Source: a virus
Virus record (IMG/VR): IMGVR_UViG_3300032116_000057
Span: 32,001 to 96,000 of that record
Strand: one strand, 5' to 3'
DNA: 64,000 bases
Part shown: positions 10,123 to 17,320 of the stretch, in pieces
How positions within the stretch are numbered: the first letter of the stretch is position 1
Layout: every line of letters starts with the position of its first letter
Made by a program: the position numbers and the translations under genes
The notes under the pieces: generated by a model
The model's input: the letters and a program-made list of their open reading frames with translations, nothing else
Told to the model about the DNA's origin: nothing
The model's database searches: none

Positions 10123-11049
10123 CTATGGCCTTAGAGCTCTTCTGACCATAACACTTGCATCAGGGAGCTCTACGCCATACTGCTCTAGTTGACTTGCTTC
10201 TTCTGCTGCCTTTTTGTGGTCCTTAATTGTTCTTAGTGCTTGTATTACCCCAGTTCGTTTTCCAGCTTGCCATCTATAGTTATTAAAATCAGAATAGCCT
10301 TCGCCAATACGACTAAAGGCAACTTTTCTTCCAGAATGTATTTCATCAAAGAAAGCTTCAGCTTGCTCTGCAGCAAGTTTTAGTTTAGATTCGGCATTAA
10401 CTCTGTGTGCGGGGTTTTGTGCACTTCTAACCTCATTGAGCGCAGAAGAATACCTGTCTACAAGTTCTGAACCTTGTTGATAATCTCTATTAGCTTTCAA
10501 ATCCCATTCTGCATTGCGTGGCGGTGTTTCATACTTAGGCTCAACAGTCCAGTCATCTAGAATTAAATCATAGGCGGCATATGGGTTAATATTTCTAATA
10601 TCGGACTGCTCATTTACATAAAAAGTTAATTCAAATCCGTGCCAGTTTTTTGTTTTTGGAGCCAAAGCGTTATAAAACCCTTCATTTATTTCTTTGGCAA
10701 TCTCTGCGTCTGAGAATCCTATATAGTTTTTATTAGACTCTCTAAAGCTAACGTAATCTACCCCCACCAAACAATCTAAATCTCCGGGAAGCCGTGCCGC
10801 CTCCCATTGATAGGAAACCCCAGATCCGGCTAACCATGCCCTAGTCCAACTATGAGCATTGTTAAACCTTCCATCAAGGAAAGTCATTAGTAGCGTTAGA
10901 ACACCTGTTCGAATAAACGGGTGAAGCTTTTCGCCCACATCAAATAGCTTTGGGTCCAACATAGGGGATGGTGCGCTGAAATAAGAGGTAGATGCCGGTG
11001 AAATCGCGGGAATAGGTCCGCTCTTGGCTATAGCATCAATGTAACTCAT
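10123..11049 (-). CDS. Pol-beta-superfamily nucleotidyltransferase
   Basis: AGSGVSY...GDLDCLV (GS plus DxD signature). Confidence 0.7.
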   Translation of the reverse strand: MSYIDAIAKSGPIPAISPASTSYFSAPSPMLDPKLFDVGEKLHPFIRTGVLTLLMTFLDGRFNNAHSWTRAWLAGSGVSYQWEAARLPGDLDCLVGVDYVSFRESNKNYIGFSDAEIAKEINEGFYNALAPKTKNWHGFELTFYVNEQSDIRNINPYAAYDLILDDWTVEPKYETPPRNAEWDLKANRDYQQGSELVDRYSSALNEVRSAQNPAHRVNAESKLKLAAEQAEAFFDEIHSGRKVAFSRIGEGYSDFNNYRWQAGKRTGVIQALRTIKDHKKAAEEASQLEQYGVELPDASVMVRRALRP

Positions 11050-11088
11050 AGCCCTATTCTTTCACTGAGTGTGCAGGTACGTCTTGGT

Positions 11089-11334
11089 TTATTCTGCTTC
11101 AGCAGACTTTTCTAGCTGTTTAATACGGAGCACAGTATATTCAGCAGCGGCCTGTGCCTGAAGATCGCTGACGATCTCCGAGCAGAACCGGCGTACCTCC
11201 ACAAGGGAAGCTTCTCTATCTAAGTCAATAGAGAAAATCTCTGGGTTTCGTTCAACAAACATATCGCCGTTTTCATTCACTAATACGGCAAATCCGGTCT
11301 TCATCTTTGGCTTGTTTTGTGTTTCTTCAGTCAT
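11089..11334 (-). CDS. hypothetical protein
   Basis: ORF track; AGGAG RBS. Confidence 0.65.
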   Translation of the reverse strand: MTEETQNKPKMKTGFAVLVNENGDMFVERNPEIFSIDLDREASLVEVRRFCSEIVSDLQAQAAAEYTVLRIKQLEKSAEAE

Positions 11335-11342
11335 GATGCTCC

Positions 11343-11927
11343 TTATTTGTATAGGCCTTTGTCTTCACGTTGTCTTGTTACATAATATGTCTTTACTGGG
11401 CAGAAATCACAAAGATATACGTTGGTACTAGCAGACTGTGCTGCGGACTGTAAACCAACTTCTTTGCGAAGTTCTGCAGTGCTTTTAGGAATTAGACGCT
11501 TTTTGCTGTCTCTCCAATCCCCACAAGCTCCTACGGGACGCATATGTAAGTTGTAACACTTCATTGCGTCATCATAGAAAGTTGCTTTAGTTGTGTAGTA
11601 GTCTGGATCTAGATCCGCTAAACCCCCACCAACTCTAGTTCTTAAATTCTTTATGATCTCTTTTTTAAACTTTTCTTGAGACCATATTTTTACTCCGATC
11701 TTAGATAGAAAACCTGTGTGGGGAACGCCAGCGGACTGATGTTTTTCAACTAACAGCTCTAGCAGCGTATCATCTTCTGGACGACCTTCAAAGTCTGGCA
11801 ACTCTTCTATGGTCTTACAGTTAAAGCAATAGAGTAGACGAATCTTTGGACCGTCATCACGAACCTCGGTGTATGTTCCTTGGTCGGCAGGCGTGTTTCC
11901 ACTACCTAAAATAGGAATATCAGACAT
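11343..11927 (-). CDS. hypothetical Cys/His zinc-binding protein
   Basis: CFNC, C..H...C and CDFC motifs; leaderless-type start. Confidence 0.65.
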   Translation of the reverse strand: MSDIPILGSGNTPADQGTYTEVRDDGPKIRLLYCFNCKTIEELPDFEGRPEDDTLLELLVEKHQSAGVPHTGFLSKIGVKIWSQEKFKKEIIKNLRTRVGGGLADLDPDYYTTKATFYDDAMKCYNLHMRPVGACGDWRDSKKRLIPKSTAELRKEVGLQSAAQSASTNVYLCDFCPVKTYYVTRQREDKGLYK

Positions 11928-11948
11928 GGGCCTATCCTAGCAGGTAAT

Positions 11949-13130
11949 TTACTCGCCCCTGGTATTCCTGCGTGGTTTGCTCTGTACGGGGGCTGGAATA
12001 GCTGGTGTTGCAAGCTGAGATGTCTCGGTAAGCATCCTTTGCTCATCTGTTTCTCTATCAGAAATGGGAGTTAATCCGGCAGAAGCGGCTAGCTCGTTAA
12101 CTCTTGCCGGTCCAAAGAACTCTTCTTCAGCCACTTTTCTAAACTGAGTAGTTGGTGGAGCAGGTGGAACAAAAGAATCTGTTTTATGGACGCGTTTATG
12201 GTGGGCAATTGCTGGAACTATTAAAGATCTTGCTTCAGTACCCTCTAACCCTAAATTTTTGGCGTGATAATAGTAGGCTTCAGCACTGGGCTGCACGCTC
12301 CCATCATCTGCGGTAGACAATGATCTTAAAAGAGCTTGGTGAGCTAAATGTAGGCGGGATTTGCCGCCAGTAGCTCTAGATATAACATCAGGAATTGCAG
12401 GCAATGTGGCTTTCCACCCCGCATCAACTAAATCTTTAAAGTCTTTTTCTGAAAGCACGTCTTGAGCTTTAGGTTTTGGAGCTCTTCCTGGACCATGAGT
12501 AAGTTTTTTTCTACCCGTCCAAGGTTGAGCACCGGCTTGTTGTGCAAAACTTTCGTCTCTAAATTCACCTAATTTTTTATGTCTAGCTCTATGCACTCGA
12601 AATGCAAGTCTGTCGTCCTTTGTGATCGGATAGCTAGCAAACTCTTCTCCGCCCATATACTCAGACGCGGGAGTTGGTTCCATAGAAACTGCTGTTTCAT
12701 CCCTACTTAGTTTTAGAGCTTTTAGATGCCTATCACATACGGGCATGTGCATTTCTTGACCCGGAACTTTTATAAAGTGTCTGGCATAACCCGCATGTCT
12801 AGAACCTGGAGCATCACATTGCAATGGTTTGTGTGCTTCCGGTCTATTTCTAAATAATTTTTCTAAATAGTCAAAAGTAGGTTCATCTAATTCGCCTGTA
12901 TACGCATCTACCTGAGTTTCTTCAGGTATGCCAATTACTCTACGACGATATCCGCCAGGATGAAACTCTTCACTGAGGCCAACCTCAACGTGACCCCCAG
13001 ATTTTTCAATATCTGTTTTACCTGGTTTAATGGTATCTGGAAGCGCCTCAAACTTATCGGGAGATATGTCTGGGCCTTGTCGTTTGGCCGGTACATTACC
13101 ACCAGAACCTGGGACAACATCGTTAGCCAT
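11949..13130 (-). CDS. hypothetical protein
   Basis: 393-aa ORF coupled to the upstream gene. Confidence 0.7.
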   Translation of the reverse strand: MANDVVPGSGGNVPAKRQGPDISPDKFEALPDTIKPGKTDIEKSGGHVEVGLSEEFHPGGYRRRVIGIPEETQVDAYTGELDEPTFDYLEKLFRNRPEAHKPLQCDAPGSRHAGYARHFIKVPGQEMHMPVCDRHLKALKLSRDETAVSMEPTPASEYMGGEEFASYPITKDDRLAFRVHRARHKKLGEFRDESFAQQAGAQPWTGRKKLTHGPGRAPKPKAQDVLSEKDFKDLVDAGWKATLPAIPDVISRATGGKSRLHLAHQALLRSLSTADDGSVQPSAEAYYYHAKNLGLEGTEARSLIVPAIAHHKRVHKTDSFVPPAPPTTQFRKVAEEEFFGPARVNELAASAGLTPISDRETDEQRMLTETSQLATPAIPAPVQSKPRRNTRGE

Positions 13131-13359
13131 TTTTCTTTCGCTTCTTGCCTTTGGTAAGTGCGGTAGCGTTATCTCTTAATTCTCTGTTATCACGAATTCC
13201 CATAGTTCCGGTAAACTCATTATCATCAATTGCATAGTCTGGATGATCTTTTGGTAGGGCAGCACGACGAGCAATATCTGCATTTATTTCTGCTATTAAA
13301 TCTCTCTTTTTAGGAGCAAAACTAGGACGACTGTTGTCGCGACGTGGAACATTACTCAT
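13123..13359 (-). CDS. small hypothetical protein
   Basis: ORF track; overlaps neighbours. Confidence 0.6.
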   Translation of the reverse strand: MSNVPRRDNSRPSFAPKKRDLIAEINADIARRAALPKDHPDYAIDDNEFTGTMGIRDNRELRDNATALTKGKKRKKNG

Positions 13360-13735
13360 CTTGTTTCGTCATCCTTTTCATATCACGTTCTTCTTTAAAT
13401 TTACCCATTGATATTACATTATTATTGGATTCGTCTGCACCAACCATTAGATTAGCTAAACGACCCTTCCCAGCTAAACCATTTAGTACATCTGCAGTAG
13501 TATTTGGTCCAGCCTTTTTAACTCCGAATCCCATGTCATTTGCTACTAAATGCGAAGTGTCTTCTGGTTCGTAGTCGTCATCATAACTAGATTCACCAGT
13601 TACTTCGTTAATGCCTTGTTCTTTACCTAGTATGTGCTCAAAAAACGCATTTTTTCCTAAACGAAAACGCGCTTGAATATCGCCAGGACCTCTTCTAATA
13701 GGTACGACGTTAGACGGAGTGTCCTTCTCGTCCAT
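13352..13735 (-). CDS. hypothetical protein
   Basis: ORF track. Confidence 0.6.
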   Translation of the reverse strand: MDEKDTPSNVVPIRRGPGDIQARFRLGKNAFFEHILGKEQGINEVTGESSYDDDYEPEDTSHLVANDMGFGVKKAGPNTTADVLNGLAGKGRLANLMVGADESNNNVISMGKFKEERDMKRMTKQDE

Positions 13736-13738
13736 GGA

Positions 13739-14011
13739 CTAGTAGGTTGGCCCCATAGTATCTTCATAAGAGTTAGAAACTCTTTGAGAAGACGATGCAG
13801 CTTTTGTAGCTAATGGGTTTACCTTAGTGGAATCTTCTTGATCAATATAATCATAGTTCCAATAAGGATGTAAGTCTTGACGGTTAGCTCTTACTAGTTC
13901 GTCGCCCTTGCCTGCAGCTACAGTTGTATTCGGACGTACCTTACGATACTTTCCATCAGTAGCGCCTTCGTTTAGGCTTTGGTTTAGTGAGCGTGATTCG
14001 TTAGTTGCCAT
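13739..14011 (-). CDS. hypothetical protein
   Basis: ORF track; TAATG coupling. Confidence 0.65.
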   Translation of the reverse strand: MATNESRSLNQSLNEGATDGKYRKVRPNTTVAAGKGDELVRANRQDLHPYWNYDYIDQEDSTKVNPLATKAASSSQRVSNSYEDTMGPTY

Positions 14012-14223
14012 TAGTTATCCTTTTTCTTAGGTGCGGTTACTTGTACAGAAGGCATTGGTTCACGATATGGCTCGTTCTTTTTTGCGCCACCACTTGTCCA
14101 AGGATCTGCTGCACGGGCATCGTTATCCTTTTTAGCAGCGCTAGTAACGCTAGCTAAAAGAGCAAGTCCATTAGGTGATTTAAATCCCTTACGTATTTTA
14201 TCTCTACGAGGTACAAAACTCAT
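14011..14223 (-). CDS. small basic hypothetical protein
   Basis: ORF track; ATGA coupling. Confidence 0.6.
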   Translation of the reverse strand: MSFVPRRDKIRKGFKSPNGLALLASVTSAAKKDNDARAADPWTSGGAKKNEPYREPMPSVQVTAPKKKDN

Positions 14224-14381
14224 TTTTTGCCCGCTTTCTTTTTCTTTTTGGCCTGTTTTTCCCGCTCTTTATCCGACATAGTCTTTACCTTTAAAGGTAC
14301 GATCTTTGTTTTTTTAAGTGGGCTATCCACGTCTATAGTATTACGTGTAAATACCCTTTTATCTCGTCTAACGCCCGCCAT
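14220..14381 (-). CDS. small basic protein (MAGVRRDKR..., 53 aa)
   Basis: Translated by hand; TAATG and ATGA coupling on both sides. Confidence 0.6.
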   Translation of the reverse strand: MAGVRRDKRVFTRNTIDVDSPLKKTKIVPLKVKTMSDKEREKQAKKKKKAGKK

Positions 14382-14653
14382 TATGACTTCACATCCCGTC
14401 TGACTTGCTTTCTAACCCTAGGTCTGATTACTTTTCGGGTTCTAGACCTCTGTCCAGTAGCTCTATAAATACGGCGTTGTGCAGCGCTTTCTGAACCTGG
14501 GTTTAGTGTAGTAGATTGTTTACCTACCCAACGCCCAGAGGGTCTTTTCTCCCAACTATCGCCAACAGATTGGTATTTAACGCCGGTCTTAGTTTTAGGT
14601 TTGCGAGCTACGGCAGGTTTATAAGCTTTTACAGTCTTAGGTTTTTCAGCCAC
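14381..14653 (-). CDS. small Arg/Lys-rich protein
   Basis: ORF track. Confidence 0.6.
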   Translation of the reverse strand: MAEKPKTVKAYKPAVARKPKTKTGVKYQSVGDSWEKRPSGRWVGKQSTTLNPGSESAAQRRIYRATGQRSRTRKVIRPRVRKQVRRDVKS

Positions 14654-14813
14654 CCATAGCCCCTTTCCTTGCAGATTCGTACTTTAAATTTCTACATGTT
14701 GGGCAAACCTTGCCGTCACCATACATGACAACTACCGGATCCATAACTTCCCTGCACTTACGACAAATTCTACTACCATCATAGATAGTAAGGGTACTGA
14801 TTTCTTCTACCAT
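14646..14813 (-). CDS. small zinc-finger protein (55 aa)
   Basis: Translated by hand: MVEEISTL...CRKC...CPTC. Confidence 0.6.
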   Translation of the reverse strand: MVEEISTLTIYDGSRICRKCREVMDPVVVMYGDGKVCPTCRNLKYESARKGAMGG

Positions 14814-15154
14814 ACGGACTCAGTTACGTTTCTGGAAGTACCCTGGTAAGAAGTTGGAGACTGTGAGTAGTCAGTTCTAGTTGGCTGGTACTCAATATTG
14901 ACATCTACTATGTCCATAATAGTAAGCTCTTCAGTTCTATAGCCGAACTTAGGACGAAATAGCTGGATCTGAGGTAGGTTAGGACGCACAATATCTTGAA
15001 TCATAGCTGCCGGCAAAGTTACAGACATAATTGCACGACTAATTAAGGCATCCTGGGTATCTTCAAAAGGACCCATGTAGTCATAACGGATTTTAGGACC
15101 GTTATCTACAATTTCACGGGGCTTACTGTGATCGTATACGCCGTCTTGCATCAT
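14807..15154 (-). CDS. hypothetical protein
   Basis: ORF track. Confidence 0.65.
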   Translation of the reverse strand: MMQDGVYDHSKPREIVDNGPKIRYDYMGPFEDTQDALISRAIMSVTLPAAMIQDIVRPNLPQIQLFRPKFGYRTEELTIMDIVDVNIEYQPTRTDYSQSPTSYQGTSRNVTESVW

Positions 15155-15837
15155 GGTTTTCTCTTTGGTAATCGACTCATCTTTTTACCTACACTTTTTG
15201 ATGAAGCCAAAGCATCAGTAATATTTGATGTTATAAGCGGCTCATCATCGTTACTTGTTGTGCCGCCAGAAGGGTTAACTTGACGACCTTGTGGAAACCA
15301 ACGAAGTCTGTCTCGTAAATATTCATGTCTTGGATGTGGATTATCAAAAGTATGTACAGTCTCTCCGGCAGCACGTTTAGCACGTACGCCTGATCTTTCT
15401 TCGTCTCTTCTTCTTTTTAGCGGTTTAGAAAGATCGCCAAAGGGGTCCTCTTCATCCATATATCTAATGACGTCTTCCATTCTATGCCAAGTTCTTGTAC
15501 CACGCTGTAAACGATCTTCACCGCTACTACCCATACCCTTACGCTCAACGTAATGTGGCATGTTTCTGGTGTGTGTCCATTTTTTGACGGTATCTGGATG
15601 AACGCCGTAAACTCTCGAAAGCTCTGAGTTACTTAAAAGAGATAAGCCCTCATTATCAACAGGAACTGGTGCTGCAGTTGAGGGGCGTGTATATTCCTTA
15701 GACATAACTTCATCAAAATGTTCTTTGCTTTGAATAGGCTGAGCCTTAGGCATATCGTCTCTGGGATCGGCCACTGCTTCAAACTTTTTGACCTGGGGGG
15801 TTTTTTTATTATTGTCTTTTTTTGCCATTATTGCCAC
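15151..15837 (-). CDS. protein with excisionase/MerR-type HTH
   Basis: LSNSELSRVYGVHPDTVKKW HTH pattern. Confidence 0.55.
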   Translation of the reverse strand: MAIMAKKDNNKKTPQVKKFEAVADPRDDMPKAQPIQSKEHFDEVMSKEYTRPSTAAPVPVDNEGLSLLSNSELSRVYGVHPDTVKKWTHTRNMPHYVERKGMGSSGEDRLQRGTRTWHRMEDVIRYMDEEDPFGDLSKPLKRRRDEERSGVRAKRAAGETVHTFDNPHPRHEYLRDRLRWFPQGRQVNPSGGTTSNDDEPLITSNITDALASSKSVGKKMSRLPKRKP

Positions 15838-16370
15838 CTAGGTTTTAGGTGTTCAAAATGTCCAGCAAGCTTTGTATTAAACTCTAGAGGTACGTTGGCA
15901 GATATATTAGCCTTACCATCATTGATTAAACGTGGTGCTGGAGCTAAAGTAGACTTAGGGGCATTGCGTTTAACCATAAAAGCAACTCCCCCCTCATTAT
16001 CTATAAGCTTAGCTTGAGCTTTAATTCTACGGTCAGGCTCTAGTCCTTCTGGCCAAACATATTCACCAAGGTCTATGCGTTCGCCCTTATGAACACCGCG
16101 TTGGTATCCACGTTGATTCTGACGTGCCTTAAGGGAGTCAAGTACAACATCTGATACCGCGTAAGGCTTTCCTCTATCGTCACGGCGAGAACGAATAGTG
16201 CCTAAATAGCCGTCAGGGTATTCAGCAGACGGCGTTTTTCCTACACCAATACGCAATGAATCCATTACGCTGCGAGTAACTACAGGCGTACCTCCACCAC
16301 CAGTAGTGGTGTAAGCTCCAATATACCCGCTAGCGCCCAGGTATTGCCAGTTTTGATGTGAGGATGGCAC
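15828..16370 (-). CDS. hypothetical protein
   Basis: ORF track. Confidence 0.7.
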   Translation of the reverse strand: MPSSHQNWQYLGASGYIGAYTTTGGGGTPVVTRSVMDSLRIGVGKTPSAEYPDGYLGTIRSRRDDRGKPYAVSDVVLDSLKARQNQRGYQRGVHKGERIDLGEYVWPEGLEPDRRIKAQAKLIDNEGGVAFMVKRNAPKSTLAPAPRLINDGKANISANVPLEFNTKLAGHFEHLKPRWQ

Positions 16371-16372
16371 GA

Positions 16373-16657
16373 TTATTTCTCCTCAGTAGTCTCTTTAACT
16401 TCTGCTTTCTTTTTTACTGCTGCTTTTGGTTCTTCAACCACTTTTGGTTCTTCAACCACTTTTGGTTCTTCAACTACAGGCTCTTCAACAACAGGCTTTG
16501 AAATAGCGGGGGTAGGTAAAGAAACTTCAAAGATCTTTACGTTTAGATCTCTACTTAGTTTTATAAACCATGGCAAGTGAGAAGCACAATAAAATTGAGA
16601 CGTTGGTTTTTGTCTCAGTTCGTATACAGCAACACTTGAACAGTTATCGCACTTCAT
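16373..16657 (-). CDS. CxxC...CxxH protein with VVEEPK repeats
   Basis: CDNC/CASH motifs; coding tandem repeats. Confidence 0.65.
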   Translation of the reverse strand: MKCDNCSSVAVYELRQKPTSQFYCASHLPWFIKLSRDLNVKIFEVSLPTPAISKPVVEEPVVEEPKVVEEPKVVEEPKAAVKKKAEVKETTEEK

Positions 16658-16917
16658 TATTTTTTCTTTTTCTTCTTTGACTCTGCCACGATTGATTCAA
16701 GTTGTTTTTCAATCTCTGGAAGAACAGCTTTGACAATACCAAATGCTGGGTCTTTTGGATTAAATGCACGTGCTGCTACGGGTACAACAGCTGCAAGTCC
16801 TGCGGCAATAATTCCTTTTGGATCTGTAATTTCTCCAGTTTGCCATACGGCTAAAGCTGCTGCAATAAAAGAGCGACCGTATGAGGCTAACATAGCCTGT
16901 AGTTGTTTCTTGTCCAT
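16657..16917 (-). CDS. putative holin
   Basis: Two hydrophobic helices (SYGRSFIAAALA; AAGLAAVVPVAARAFNP.D..FG) and a basic tail. Confidence 0.65.
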   Translation of the reverse strand: MDKKQLQAMLASYGRSFIAAALAVWQTGEITDPKGIIAAGLAAVVPVAARAFNPKDPAFGIVKAVLPEIEKQLESIVAESKKKKKK

Positions 16918-16981
16918 ATTTATCCTTTCTAGGGAGGGTCCTAGACTACCAATAGTGCCCTAAAAGGGGTGTAACGTCAGG

Positions 16982-17230
16982 CTAATCCCGGCCTTCTTTG
17001 AGGTGCTGATCTAATCTGCCCTTCATTTCAGCCACATCAGCCCGGATCTCGGACAACAAGGGGAGGATCTCCAACTTAACTTTGTCAGAAAGACTTGATC
17101 CACCGTTAGGTTTTAATTCACTTAAGTATTCTTTAACAAGATATTGATTAAACTTTTTAATTCCAATTCCGAGTGATGAAAGAATTGCAATTAGTCCTGT
17201 AATTACTCCAACCCAATCAAGTACTGACAT
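16982..17230 (-). CDS. single-TM membrane protein, lysis-associated type
   Basis: N-terminal TM, ELKPNGGSSL motif, coiled-coil C-terminus. Confidence 0.6.
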   Translation of the reverse strand: MSVLDWVGVITGLIAILSSLGIGIKKFNQYLVKEYLSELKPNGGSSLSDKVKLEILPLLSEIRADVAEMKGRLDQHLKEGRD

Positions 17231-17320
17231 TTAAACTCCCAAGCGATATTAAGTTGTAAGTGCAAACTATGATACATGTAACACAATCTGTCATGGTAAA
17301 GTACGCTTACAAGATAGGAG

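Noticed and set aside
16410-16500. 18-nt tandem repeat
   Set aside because: Coding repeat (VVEEPK) in a small protein
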